In this document: in pieces, positions 1 through 12,875 of the stretch | How positions within the stretch are numbered: position 1 is the first letter of the stretch | Layout: each line of letters starts with the position of its first letter | Assembly (NCBI GenBank): GCA_002269645.1 | Contig: NIVC01000819.1 | Coordinates: forward strand, 1 to 64,000 | Reading direction: 5' to 3' | Source: Macrostomum lignano | Taxonomy: Eukaryota | Length of the DNA stretch: 64,000 nt | The notes under the pieces: model-generated | Seen by the model: the letters and a program-made list of their open reading frames with translations, nothing else | Told to the model about the DNA's origin: nothing | The model's database searches: none | Position numbers and translations under genes: made by a program

Positions 1-470
1 GATATTGCATTCATGATTGCTGAATTGCATTCATGATTGCTGATATTGCATTCATGATTGCTGATATTGCATTCATGATTGCTGATATTGCATTCATGAT
101 TGCTGATATTGCATTCATGATTGCTGATATTGCATTCATGATTGCTGATATTGCATTCATGATTGCTGATATTGCATTCATGATTGCTGATATTGCATTC
201 ATGATTGCTGATATTGCATCATGATTGCTGATATTGCATTCATGATTGCTGATATTGCATTCATGATTGCTGATATTGCATTCATGATTGCTGATATTGC
301 ATTCATGATTGCTGATATTGCATTCATGATTGCTGATATTGCATTCATGATTGCTGATATTGCATTCATGATTGCTGATATTGCATTCATGATTGCTGAT
401 ATTGCATCCCATGATTGCTGATATTGCATTCATGATTGCTGATATTGCATTCATGATTGCTAATATTGCA
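1..470. repeat. 21-bp tandem minisatellite (GATATTGCATTCATGATTGCT)n, truncated by the window start
   Basis: Unit read directly; it explains the MIADIAF/NAISAIM repeat ORFs, which are not genes. Confidence 0.97.
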
Positions 471-1502
471 CCTGCCTGCTGATATGCCAGGTACTAAGCT
501 AAACCAAGCCAAGAGGACCGCGCGTCCTGCCGCTGCAAACTCTTGTCTTCCGGAGCAGCGGCTCCAAGACCGGATCATGCCCGGTGCGAAGTGCTCACTG
601 AGAATGGAACACTGCAGCTGATGCTTTAACAAAAGCTGTGGAGACGTGAGAAACTGTGATCGATCCAAACTGAAGGCAGTCTTCAATTCCTGTTGCAGCG
701 CCGCTCTGCTTCCGCATGTGAATGATGCTTTTTGGTAGGAAGCTGAGCATCTCGTGACTTCTGTCGGAACAACGACTATCACTTCGTGGAGAGCATGGCC
801 GTGTGAGAAGGCAGTTTGCGAAAATTCCCGCTGTAACCCCAACAAGGTATGACAATTTTATTCACTTTTTCTTCGCAAAGTGAATTATCAAAGCTAGCTT
901 CTAGGAGAAAAGTTAAGAAGAAAGAAAAGTTTGCAAGAGCCGCTGCTCGCAAAGTTGCTTGTGTGCTCATAGCGATGGTTGAATATGATACGTTGGGAAC
1001 TGCATGTAAACTGGAGCAGAGAAGCGACGAAATTATTTTGCTGAAGTTGAAAAGTACTCGTAATAAAAGAATTACTGAGGCACGTTAATCACCACCTTAC
1101 TGACTTGTAAGTACGGTATAAAATGTCCGAAATCACGCACGTTCACACGATTTTTTACGTCAGTGACTGTGTGAGAGTGAGAGATTGAAGTCAAATATTG
1201 ATGACGCTCGCAAGAAAATGAGTGACAGCTCATAAAGCATTCACACACCGGTGCTGTCACCACTTAAAAGTCTCCCATATTTCATTAAGGCCGAAACTTG
1301 GGACTGGCCTTCGATGATGCAAATATCTCATACGGGCCTGGCTTGTACGCACAGCTGCATCGTTTCCATAGCAACCATTTCAGCATCAGGGCCTGGCAAC
1401 CAATAAAGTAAAAGAGCTGCAAAGTCAGCATCAACTGCATTTAAGCGGCCAGGCCAGATCTTCTCCGTGAAATTTCCCTGTTGCTGCTAAACTGCAACAG
1501 CA

Positions 1503-2255
1503 ATGTTGCCATGGGTCTTCATCTCGCTCACTTCGACTGTTGGACTCTTGACAGCTGCCTCGGTGTTCGGTCAGCCCATTGTGCAATTCATTAACCACGT
1601 GGACTGCTGCCTGGACACTTTCGGTAACAGCTCGCATGGAGACTTGAACGGGCTGACGGGTGTGGCAATGCTTGGAGCCTATGATGTTGACCTTGCAAGA
1701 GGCGTCCTTGACAGAGACGACATGACCATCGAGTTCTGCAGTGGCGCCTGCGCCATGGGCAGATTTCGTTACTTCGGTCTGCGCGATGGGAGCGAGTGCG
1801 TCTGCGGGTCGACTGTGCAGCGTATTCCGCCGTGCAACGGTGGAGGCTGCGATGTTAAGAAGTGCGCCGGAAACAACTCGCAGTCCTGCGGTGGGACCAA
1901 AAAAATCAGTCTGCATGAAAACATCTACACATCAGGTGAGTTAAGATGTGGCTGTTGACAATGTTTTTGTTTAAAATAAGTTTTATTTCTCCGTTAACTT
2001 CCAGCCAATGGGTCCTACAAGTCGATGGCTTCAACCGAAATCGCCCTGATCACCGTGCTCGAAATGCTGGTCAGGAGGGTTTACTGGAGCCAGGAGGCCA
2101 CCGTGGCTTTTGAATGCCTGGCCGCCTGCCACCGCAGCCCGGACTGTCTCGCCTGCGCCTTCGTGCGGTCCAGCAGGATGTGCCGCCTCATGAGATTCGC
2201 CGCTGTGCCCAGCGAGGTCGCCAGCGAGGCCCAGTGGGTCTGGGTGAAGCTGTGA
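1503..2255 (+). CDS. Secreted WSC + PAN/Apple-like protein W1 (exons 1503-1935, 2005-2255; 227 aa)
   Basis: Hydrophobic N-terminus; WSC Cys pattern (MTIEFCSGAC..FRYFGL..ECVCG..C..C.G..CGG). Donor G|gtgagt at 1936 and acceptor ttccag| at 2004 give a 69-bp phase-1 intron that joins in frame to ECLAACHRSPDCLACAF..MCRL. Confidence 0.88.
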
Positions 2256-2989
2256 TCAGTGAGCGATGAGTTGAACTTGAGCAGTCCGTAACAGCGGAGC
2301 CATTATTACTGACAAATCGAGAGCCCCTCCTTGATTAAAATCTTTGTATTTCTTAGCCTACTTCTCTTAATTCTCTGTTAAAGTTAATAAAGTCACTTCT
2401 AAACTGGAGTTTGATGCTGGAAATGATTAGTTTTGAGCTTTGATTAACTTTGCTTGCTCTGCTGTGACTTTCTCTGATCAGAGTTATTTTCTGTTGCATC
2501 ATCAACGCCAAGATGGATTCCCAGCAAATATTATTCAATATTCTTGCATTGAAAATCATTGAAAAATATACGAGTAATATTGAGAAATTTGGTGACAACC
2601 GGTTGCGGAGTCGGCCCGCAGAGTCAGAAGCAGCACCTTCTGCACCGGCTGTGGACAAAGGACATTACGGCTCTACCCATGGTTTCCGTGCCGTGGCTTC
2701 TGCTTAGAAAAACGAGCGAGGGAGACCCAAAGCCCTCTAGGCGTGGTCCGTTCTTAAATCTTACTTTCAGTAGTTTGTGAGAGCATTAATTAGCATTATA
2801 TTCGGTCTTCCTGATTTTTTGTATTTTAACACCAACAATAACCTCTTCAATAGACGTGCTTCATTTAACGCCCATACTAACTGCAGTGCGGAGTGTTTGC
2901 CATCATAAAGTACATGTCAATGCACAATGCACAATTCACATACTAAGGGTACATGTAGCGCGTGTGTTGAGTACTAAATATTAGGAGGC

Positions 2990-3262
2990 ATACCCTGCGC
3001 CGGCGCCGTCAGATGCTTCTGGGCCACTGCCTCCGGACCCTTGGCCGCGGTGCGCCCGTCCCTCTGGCCCTCGCATTGCTACACCGGCCGACCGAGCAAC
3101 TGCGCCACGTCCGTGCACGCCCGCACTGTCGCTCTGACTGACTGCCTCATCGCTGACTTGCTGGACCCCTCAGGAGCCGCTGCTGTCAGCCTTTCCCGCC
3201 TGTTCTGCATGCGAGCGCGTGAGCGCGTGGGGTCTTCCCTCTGCATCTTAATAATAATAAAG
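2990..3262 (+). mobile_element. Degenerate 3' fragment of an RTE-like non-LTR retrotransposon
   Basis: Translates to LRRRRQMLLGHCLR..LALALLHRPTEQL, resembling the RT C-terminal RR..GH..R region, and is followed by a (TAA)n tail at ~3248-3260. Confidence 0.5.
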
Positions 3263-5199
3263 GCTAAGCCAGGACCTACGAGCATAGGCATTTTTCAAGT
3301 CCTTTGTTAAGAGGTGATTTACTGATTTCTAGATCTCTGCTGATTGAGTAATACGCTCGTGCTCGTAATCTGGCAGCGCCTCAACAGCGCCCTACGGCAA
3401 CTGAAGGGCCAGGCTGCCGAGTTCCCCAGCTCTGCGCCCCCCAATAGGCCGATACGAGCCAACATCATGCCCATAGTTGGGTGCAGACAGAGGTTGTTAT
3501 TAGAAGAAAAAATGACAATAATGTACCGGCTCCCTACTTCCGTTGTTGGTTGCACCGTTTACTGAGCCTATTGACTATTTTTATAGCAAATTTCTGCTTG
3601 AAAAATAGAGTTACAGAACAAAAGCAACAATCAACCGCAGCGAATGCTTTTTCGAAAGAAGCTTCAAGGTTCTTCCATGGATTTCAATAGAAGGTCGTTT
3701 TAAACTTTTAGAAGTCTATGCGCTTGGGTCTCCGTAAATTAGATGCTTATCGGAGCTCAAATTTACTGTTTTGGGTCATTTCTAAGGATTTAAAAAAAAA
3801 CTTTCTAAAACGACTTCCGTTGGGTTAAGTCTGCTGCTGTATATGCGTTGGCCTAATTGCCAGCATCCAGGAAACCATCGTAACTGAACTTCTGCGATGC
3901 CAGCGGTTCATGTGCCTCGCTGGTCTAGCTGCATGGTCTACGATGTTTACGGGGATCTACGGCTGCGCACGGGGCCATTGTGCGTGAAAGTCCGTGTGAC
4001 CCTAAGTGACTGAAATACAATGATTTTTTTCGGTGGAGTCGAGACTGTTTTCCACAGCGCTGGAAAGCTGACACTAAATGGAACAAACAGCCGTAGGAAA
4101 CGTCTAAAAGTTTCGATACACGACTTTTTCGTAACGTGGTAACGACGTAACGACTTCGTAACAACCTGTCGTAACCCGGGTCGGTTTGGGTGCCCAGTCC
4201 CGAGTACAATATATATTATACGTAATATACAGGCGTAGTGACGCTCTGTCTGTACTTTTATGGATACGAGAAGGCGTGACGACGCTCTGCAATAATATTT
4301 CGATCCCTCTGGTGTTGTGACACTCAGAGTTCACGCTGCGACTTGAGGTGTGGTGACACTCTCGAGTGCTTCTAGTCTCAATACTGTAGGTTGTACACAC
4401 TATATAGAGTAGACGGTACAATACTACAAAAAGCTATATGATCTCCCGGCGTTATGACGCTCTGGCAAGAACTCAGCCTAACAAGCTCCCAGAAAAGAAC
4501 GAACTCAAGCAGCAGCGGCTTACCAGTGGCCAAATCGCCGTTCGTACGTTTATTGCTCGTAGGTCTCAAGCGCAGGTTCGCACGTTTGTTGATTGGCTCT
4601 GAGGTCTCAAGCCGGCTTCTAATTTCTTCTTAATTCTCAGACTCTTTTCAAAGACTGACTTCTCAATTGAGCTCTCGGGTTTCTGTTATCGTAGGTAGCT
4701 AATGTCGCTGTTTCTTACTCAAGTCAAGTCTCGCGCTTACTATCTCGGAGCCCACAAAAACACAAAAAGAACAAACAGAACAAACAGAACAAACAGAGCA
4801 AACAGAGCAAATGGCGCGAGCAAGGCCCAGAGCCGCATTAAATAATAATCAAACCCTGGGGCAGATGGCCCCACCGGCTAAGCCCACCCAAACAAGCTAC
4901 CCCAACAAAATAGAGACTGGCCACGCCGGCCAGCCAATCAAAACCCCGCCTAGGGGGGGAGGGGCCGCACCCACGCCAAAGCTGGCCCGGCCGCAGCCAT
5001 CCAGCCCTGAGCACGGGGCAGGGGCACGGCTGGGGAGGGGCACGCGCAAAGCCCGGCCGGCGGCCAGACCCTGCCACGCCCGCCAACCCCCCCCCCAACC
5101 AGCCCCAAAGTGCAACGCGCCCTGCCAACTGACAAGGGCGCATGCACTACAAACCTTTTCGTACGTTCTAGACTTAAGGGCTCGCCCCTGACAGGCTAC

Positions 5200-5600
5200 C
5201 CATCCATCCGGGCTGTCCTTCAGTCCGATGCTCTGCCCGACTGCCAGAGGGCTCGACGGCTGTGACAAACGGTGATAAAAATCGTCCAGCTGTACAACGC
5301 CGAGACTTGAACGCCGATGGCCACTCTGGAGCGGCAGATGGACTCGGCGCGCTCGGAGTTGCTCCGTGCGGCCTTTCGAGCTGACGAGAGAGTCGGGACC
5401 AAGACCTGCGCCTGAGGGCCCAGCTACAACGCCCGTCCACCATCCTGCGCCGGCGGGCCACGAGATCCGGACCGAGAGCTGCTGCCCATCCTGCTGCTTA
5501 TATACTTCACGGGGCCCATTTAGGAGGGCCAGGCGAACCTTTCGATACATGTGGACTTCCTGCTGTGCAACGCCGGAGCGCCCGACACCGCGTTGCGGCG
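5200..5600 (+). mobile_element. Degenerate RTE-like LINE RT C-terminal fragment, same family as 2990-3262
   Basis: QLYNAET*T..TLERQMDSARSELLRAAF matches the LY..ETWT...E..LD.....LLR motif of LINE RT C-termini; shares CCTGCGCCGGCG with the 3-kb fragment; contains stops and frameshifts. Confidence 0.55.
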
Positions 5601-5915
5601 CTCTATTTGACACACGCTGACAGCATGACTTTACTTTTCTGAGTTGCGTATTTTTTGTTTTGTTGTTGTAATGTTCGAAACGTCAAGTTGTGGATCGATG
5701 AGTCAAAGTTTTAAGAAAGCTGCTTATAGTTCTGGTAGCTGTAGCAGGATTTTAAATTTAGGAAAGTCATTCTAAGAAAAGAGAACTCCAGAATGCATAA
5801 AAATTGGGTTGCAAGAAATTCTTTTGTTTATATTTTGCTCATTGCGTTGCTACTCAAAAATCTGTCTGTGTCGCAGCCGAGTGATCGCTTCGCTCGAACT
5901 TGCTGGTTTCCAGCT

Positions 5916-7008
5916 TCAGTTCCTCATCCAGATCCAGGCCGACTCGCCAGCGACGATCGGGGGCGCCAAGGCGAAGGTCGTCAGCCAGCAGGTGCGGCTG
6001 GACTGCCCGAAGGCGTATCCGAGGCAGGTTGGGTTGCGCTGGCAAGTGGCCGCGCATTTAATTTGGCCGTTGGCTGATGGCGAGGTGTCGTTCCAGTGGG
6101 TCAGGATTGACTGGCCTGCGTTTTTCACGATGCTGTTGGAGCTCGAGGCGGCCTTGGTGAACTTTGAACCGACTGTAAGTGAAGAAATGCGGCGTAGGGG
6201 AGTGAGGACCATGCCGTTCTGGTCTTAAATAAAAAAGGCTCTTTCTACAAATACGATACGTGCGCGTGCCATCTAGAGTCTCTTCTGTACTCGTACCGGT
6301 ATTTCGCAGTCTTGCACTGCCTCCAGAGTACATGACCAGTCGTCCCTAAGCTTCGGCTGACGTCATGACGACACTGAGCTTCTGAACTTTGAGTGTTGCG
6401 TCCTTCTACTTTAGTACATGTAGTCCTTGTTCACGACTCTGTTATGAATATATTCAGGGAACTTAGTTCTTCAGCCATAGTTAGACCTCTCAAGATTTCC
6501 CAGAGGGACTTCAGCTACTCAGGTGGCTACGCAACAAAGAACAGCTAAGGCTTTAGTTTTCTTTAAAGAAGGCTTTAAAGCCTCCTAGACGCGGGCTCGT
6601 ACCAGGCTGGTAGACATTTTCGTAGATGGAATTCCTGTAGGGTCCGCCGCACTTCTCCGACGCGTTGCCAGCGCAGTCCTGGTAGCAGTCGGCTTCGGCT
6701 GCGGATCCGTGGCTGCCGTAGGTTGAATCGCAGCTGCAAAAGGCGGTGGCCTGTAGAGCAAAGTAGCGAAATCTGCCAAGAGCGCAGATCCTGCCGCACA
6801 TGGACACCGTCATGTCCGGCCTGTACAGAATGCCGGACCCGACGCTCGTGGACGCGAAGGTGGAAAACGGCGCCATGCCGGTCAAGTCTCGGCTGGTGTC
6901 GTCCCCGTCCACATAGCAACCGATGTAGTTTGAGTGGCTAATTGTTGCTTGAGCATTCGCCATTGTGCTCAGGGCTGCTAGTACTAGGAGCAGCAAGGGA
7001 TGCAACAT
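5916..7008 (-). CDS. Secreted WSC + PAN/Apple-like protein W2 (exons 7008-6603, 6172-5916; 220 aa), the most divergent exon 2
   Basis: Signal peptide MLHPLLLLVLAAL; YIGCYVD..RDL..MTVSMC..IC..FRYFALQ..C.C..CGG. Donor CCT G|gtacg and acceptor cttacag|TC are in frame. Exon 2 encodes CAATCQRNPTCLGYAFGQSSRTCWL. Confidence 0.88.
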
Positions 7009-7071
7009 CCTGGAGCCTGGGCCCGGGGCCAGTGGGCGAGCTGCTTCGAGCTGAGGGCTGTCTTGAGTTAC

Positions 7072-7078
7072 TTATATA
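7072..7078 (-). promoter_or_regulatory. Candidate TATA box (TATATAA) upstream of W2
   Basis: TATATAA on the minus strand ~65 bp upstream of the ATG; similar boxes occur upstream of the B1 and D genes. Confidence 0.4.
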
Positions 7079-7770
7079 GTCAACCGAACCCCTGAGAGTC
7101 TGAGGGAATCCACAACCGCAATAGGCTGAAACTGCAGCCTTTCCGGTCTCCGGTTCCACCATTGATGGCGGCCTCATTGTGTCAGACGTGCTCAGCAATA
7201 ATGACTTAAGCCGTTTAGCGCACCGGATATCGATTCGCACTCCGATTGAATGTTTCTGCAGCTTTTTCGACAGCAGATTTTTCCCGCATTGAAGACTGCA
7301 CGATCAATGTTTCACTGCTACTCAATAAAAAGAGCCACGGATGCATGGCTTGCCATTGTTACCATCGTACGAGACTGGCAGGAGCGCCTGCATTTTTTGT
7401 TTTTTATGCAGATTTTCAGTTGCTAATAGCAACTGTAAAATAGAAGAGACGCATTGTGCCTTCCTCCGTAGCTAATCCGATGAGAGCTTTAATTTTATGG
7501 GAACATAAAAACTGAGACACTGAGCTCCCGTGCTTGAGTGGATTTACTGTAGTTTTTTGTTTCGATAAAAGATTTTCGAACCGATTCCAATTTTATAACT
7601 CGTTTGGTGCAAAAAATCGAAGTTTTACGCTTCTCTGCTACTCGTAGTAGCCACACGTACATGCGCTAACCGTGACAATTTTTCCCAGCAGGGCACTGGC
7701 CCAGGTTTATTTTTGTCGCAGAGCATGATGTAATTTGGGAATTTTTGTTAAGTGACGGCTCAGTCAAGGA

Positions 7771-10332
7771 TCACAGCTTCATCCAGACCCACTGGGCCTC
7801 GCTGGCGACCTCGCTGGGAACAGCGGCGAATCTCAGGAGCCGGCACATCCGGCTGGACTGCACGAAAGCGCAGGCGAGGCAGTTGGGGCTGCGGTGGCAG
7901 GCGGCGAGGCACTCGAGCGACACGGCGGCGGGCAGACTCCAGTGAGTGCTGACACTGAATCCTGGGTCAGACACCAGAGGCTGCGATGCTGCTGGCAGCG
8001 TCTTGAAGCCGCCAGTTGCTGAAATACCAGAGGCTTTGTTTTATTGTTGACGACAATCCAGGATACCCTAAAACTGCAAGTAATTCCCAGCAATATGCAT
8101 CCTAAGAAATACAGTAGTTTACTTGAAGAACTTATTGTTCATGCCCGTGTTACCCCTCTGTGCGGACGGAAATAGGAGGTTCCATATATTTACCATAGAT
8201 TTGTACCGCTGCTAGCTGGGCTGTGGGGGCAGAGCGTCTGTCGGGGTGTACATTCAGACCATAGACAAATTTTCGAGACAGTAAATAAGAGAAACAAGAG
8301 AAGAGAAGAAGAAGAAGAAGAGTTAAAAATTTAAGCTCCGATGGAATGCATTGTGAGACAGATCAACAAATGCAAATCGCAGCTGCTTCGAGTCTATCAT
8401 GGCTTGGATTTCTACACCCAACTTGGAGAACGGCAGACTAGAACAATCTACTTTGAGTGAAAGGAAGCAACCGACAGTTATATTGGGGAAAGACGGCTAC
8501 TAAAAATGTGAGCTGAAAACGCCACAGATGCCCGACTGCAAAATTGGGGCCCGCTGGCAGAATGAAAAGACAATGACTGTTATTTCAGCAGTCTTTTTGT
8601 GGTAATTTCGCGGTCCGCGGAGACTGTCTATGGTTGAAACCCATGATTTGAATCAACCATGTTTCAACTAGAGGTAGATATTGTCGGTTTAGAAGTATAG
8701 ATCACACGTGATAATTAATCGTTCTATGGAAAAGAAAGTCCGAGGATGCGTTTTTATCAGGCCGAGGGCGGATCCTTGGCTCAGCAAACAATTCTAAGAG
8801 TTCTTTTTGAGTCTAGTCTATGATCTGAGCCCAAGAGAAGATATGGCTGACGTGGCTTTGATGTGACATTAGTCTGGTCTGAACCAAAGTCACCAGATGT
8901 GGAAGGCACCTGGGTCCAGGTCAATTGAAAGTTTCTTAACACGCGCATGGCACGAGTGTTGCTCTATTCGATGCCCATATGAGGAGTTCCTGGGTGGTGC
9001 ACAATCGTTTTTGACAATCTAGATGATAATTTGGACATTCAAAACGAGAAACACTCTATGGCCAATGGCTGCTCTATGGCTGCGGCAGCTCGCTCCGTGG
9101 ACAGAGTCTGTGGCCAATCTAATCGATAAAAATTGCCATTCTAAATGAGAATTTCTTTCATCGCGCGCACCAGCAGCAGCAGAATGCCGCCTCAAACAAG
9201 TGAAGCAGATCGCCGTCGCCTGATCGATGCCATCAAGGCTGGGCACTCCATCAAAGTGGCAGCAAGGGTACTGCAGCTGCCAATGCTGCCATCCTTTGTC
9301 TTTAGTTCTTCTGCCTTTTAATCACTCTAGATTGACTTTTTGTTGAGTTCTTGTTCCGTTAATCAGTTAAAAATTCAAGCAATCTGTTGAAAACATTTGG
9401 CAGCGAAAATTATCACTTAAAATGGCATTTTATTATTTTGAATGTCCGAGTTCTCATTTAGAACGGCTTTTCATCGATTAGATTGTCCACGGACTATATG
9501 GCTCGCTGTATGCGTTTCTCATTGTGAATGTCCAAATTATCATTTAGATTGTCAAAAACAATTGTATCCACATTGATTGTTTATTTTGGCTCTCACTGAT
9601 AAATACTGAACTCTATTTATTGTATAGTTTACAGTTTGAAGCTTACACTTGATTTACCATTGATATATAAAGTCGCAGTGTTTGTTTCACAATGGGAGTT
9701 CTTAGAATTGTTCGCTGAGCGCAAATTTGAAGTGTAGGCAAGTTAGTGCGTTTCAATGGGGCTTCAATCTAAACAGCTGCCCATGACTGTAGAGTCTTCC
9801 GAACCAACTGACCTGGGAGCAACCAATTTAATCCTTGGTGGGAGAAATGAGCTGTTGAAGATTCGCTTTCCAATGTGCTCAACAATCCTGAGTCCATCAC
9901 TCGCTCACCGTTTTCATAAACCAGTTCGTAAATCGAATTCCTGAGCAGACCGCCGCAGATTTGTTTGGCATCGCCTGTGCAGTTCCGGTTGCATTCGGTC
10001 TCGGAGGCCGGCCCGTGGGAGCCGTGGCTCTGACTGCAGCTGCAGAAGCCGGTGGCCTGCAGGCCGAGGTACCTGAACCGGCCGAGCCAGCACAGCCTGA
10101 CGCACCTGCCGATGGTCATGTCAAAGCGGAACAGATGGCTCCCGGCGGGCTTGATCTGGCTAAATGGGCCAATGCGGGTGATGCCCGACAGGCCCGTCAA
10201 GTCCCTGGAGCTGTCGTTGCGGTCAACGAAGCAGCCGATGTAGCTGACGGACTTGACTGCCAGCTGTGCCGACACCAGCACGCTGCCAAGTGACAGCAGA
10301 GCTGCCAGCAGTTTTTGGAACGCCAGCTGCAT
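7771..10332 (-). CDS. Secreted WSC + PAN/Apple-like protein W3 (exons 10332-9909, 8018-7771; 223 aa; 1.9-kb intron)
   Basis: MQLAFQKLLAALLSLG signal peptide and WSC motif. Donor AAC G|gtgag at 9908 and acceptor atttcag| at 8019 give in-frame ATGGFKTLPAASQPLVSDPGFSVSTHWSLPAAVSLECLAACH. Confidence 0.8.
8258..8634. mobile_element. Possible MITE in the W3 intron
   Basis: 10-bp terminal inverted repeat ACCATAGACA (8258-8267) / TGTCTATGGT (8625-8634), extendable with one gap; no clear TSD. Confidence 0.3.
9184..9285 (+). pseudogene. Possible N-terminal HTH remnant of a Tc1/IS630-like transposase
   Basis: MPPQTSEADRRRLIDAIKAGHSIKVAARVLQLP has the spacing of a Tc1-type HTH start; no catalytic domain follows. 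Confidence 0.35.
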
Positions 10333-10490
10333 AGCCTGCAGCTTAGGCACCAATGGAGTGCAATAGCCTGCAGCTTAGGCACCAATGGAGTGCAATAGCC
10401 TGCAGCTTAGGCACCAATGGAGTGCAATAGCCTGCAGCTTAGGCACTAATGGAGTGCAATAGCCTGCAGCTTAGGCACCAATCGAGGGCA
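10330..10490. repeat. 32-bp tandem repeat (~5 copies) abutting the W3 start codon
   Basis: Unit TGCAATAGCCTGCAGCTTAGGCACCAATGGAG read directly. Confidence 0.93.
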
Positions 10491-11494
10491 ATAGCTAATG
10501 AATTCAAGCCTTCAGTCCGTGATCGCGAAGTCCCCCCCCCCCATATAATCCCTTGCAACTTTTGAAGACTCGAATCTCATTGGCCCTCAAAATTTGTTAA
10601 ATCGTGAGCCCAGTCCCACTCTGTTGCCATGGCAACGTGTGTCAACAAAACGCGGCTTCAAAAAAGTTGGATCAGAAAAAAGAAGAGGAAAGGCAATGAT
10701 TGATGCTGAGTTTACACTAACTTTTGGGGCAAGAAACCCTGTCGAGAGAGCTCCAGTCCCTCGGGCTTCTATCCTGTAAGCAGAGCACCAATTAAGCCTG
10801 TCAGCGAACCTGCCTGAGAGTAGTAGAGCTTTCGGTAGAGAATGCTTGAAGTATAATTGCAAGTTACTTTATAGTGTCGTTCCATACAAGGTGAAAACAT
10901 TCATTAAAATTTCTATTCTTTACTGGTTATACGAGCGTAGAAATCGAACGTGACTTACCATCTGCGCAGTCACATCCTCGATGCGCCTCTCTCCTATCCA
11001 GTTTGGCAGTTTCCTATTTCGTCACGTGGCAGATCCCCTCCGCCTCCTAGCAACGAGTTCCCATCAACTGTTTTCGCTCCTATTTACTAAAGAAAGTTTC
11101 CCACTGTTTTCCAGATCCAACCTGCTCCGCATAGCGTGAAAAACATCTCTCACGGCCTCTCAGCGGATGAGCTGCGGAGCGTGGATGAGCGTGAGCTGCT
11201 TAGAAGATTCGCAGAGCTGGAAAACAATTCGTCTCCGTGCAAAGTAAACACGTGACCAGCAATTGTTCTTTTAGGCTGGGTAGGGAGTGGAGCGTTTTTT
11301 CTTCAGAGAAAGCGAATGGCGTGCATCATTGATCGGAGTTTTTGCTGGATGCCTGATGGAAGAAGCACCACACAGCTCAAATCCGTCACGGTCTTGAGTC
11401 AATAAGGGGTGTGGGAATTCTTTCAGAGAAACAAAAACATGAAATTACGTTCGCATCAAATCTAAAGTGAGTTCAAAAAGCGGGGGACCGTACG

Positions 11495-11800
11495 AGCGTA
11501 GCCTAATTGGTCATCACGGCGCTCTCGCGTGCCAGCGGCCCAGGCTCGATTCCAAGTGCAGCCACATTCATCTTGGGCTAAGTTGGAATCTCGACTTGGC
11601 TCTGCTCGTGCAATTGATACCCCTGAGGGCCAACCCCCAAGGCACAGTGAAGTGTACATGCCTAACGATTAATAAAGTTAGGGCCGCTGTACACTCCTGC
11701 TAGAGTGTGTACCTGTGCGTATGGCTGCGTACGTATCCGCGGGCAGCAATGCCTCTCGCCGATTGTGTGATAATGCCGCTTAAATTGCGCCAGGGTGCAC
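11495..11800 (+). mobile_element. tRNA-derived SINE family 2 copy
   Basis: A-box-like TAGCCTAATTGG and B-box-like GGCTCGATTCC; body (..GAGGGCCAACCCCCAAGGCACAGTGAAGT..) recurs at ~26510 and ~42830. Confidence 0.65.
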
Positions 11801-12875
11801 ACAGCACTCTTGCCTCTAACTATAACAAAGAGTTCAAAGGCAGAATTTTTACATTTGCTACTTAGTTGTGAAATCTGTTAAGAAAGCGCTTAATTGGTTA
11901 CTGAAAGTAGTTTGTAAACGGGTTCTTCGCCTGTTCTTAGTTGACTACTGTAACTGAACTGAATTAACACTGATCACATAAGGCAAGTTTGATTCAAACA
12001 GATTCAGACACAATTGCACTCTGCACAGAAGTTGTGTGCATCAACCACACGATGACCCCAAAACTGTGCAGCAGAATCTCCCCTGTACAGCAGTTTGTTA
12101 CACTTCGGTGTCATGCAAGAGACTTCTGCTCATGCGAAATATGCTGTAAGTACAAATATTGCAACAATAAAAGTTTCTACCCCGTCTGACGCTTATTTTG
12201 CTACTGAAAGTAGCTGCTAAGTTTGTTAAATGTATTCTTTATTGTAGAAGAAGAATAAAGTTGATGCACTGGCGTCAGTTATAGAAAAAATGGTTTTTCT
12301 TTTTCCTGACTACAGCTAAGACTCCTAAGGACTGACTGAGAGAAGCCGCGGAGAGTTCCTAACGCCGCAGGGAATCGCTCGCTTCAGTCACTGGGAAGCA
12401 CAGTGTTCCCCACAACTCTCAGCAACAAGTCTCCCCAGTCGTGAATTTAGAAGTTCAGCCAAAAAGCAAGTCAGGGCTGGAGCAGCAAAGACAGCAGATT
12501 CTCATCAGCAACGAAGATGGTCTGATGAAACAAAAGCATTGCTGCTTTTCAGCTTCTTTCCTGCTTTTTCTGCGCTTGCTGAACTCATCGTACCAGGCAT
12601 GCATGTCCGCTGACAGACGCAAGTTCGAGATCACCCAGGCATGCAGCATGCGGCAGCTGATTTGCCCAGGAATGGAATCATTTGATGAGCACCTGTTGAC
12701 CTTGGCGATGACAATGATGCTGGTTGGAAGATTGATGGGGAGCAAGGTCGCTAAGCCTAAAACACGTGATGTCTATCACAGATGATGCCAGTTAGCAGAT
12801 TCTGCGGACATTCGAGATCTAGGTGGCAACTCATATCAATATGTTTTTCTTGCACCTGCCCTAATGGCCAGATGT

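Noticed and set aside
11-454. Long repeat ORFs here and at 15864-16649, 41308-42546, 44730-45774 and 49485-50387
   Set aside because: They are translations of minisatellites open in several frames and on both strands; homologous sites in paralogs have one or few units.
4167-5193. Possible solo LTR (TGTC..GACA ends, A-rich and GC-rich interior)
   Set aside because: Flanks CAACC and GGCTA are not a TSD, there is no second copy in the window, and no convincing PBS or PPT.
12441-12785. ORFs in the segment shared with 33.1-33.45 kb
   Set aside because: The reading frames are not conserved between the two paralogs and there is no recognisable domain.
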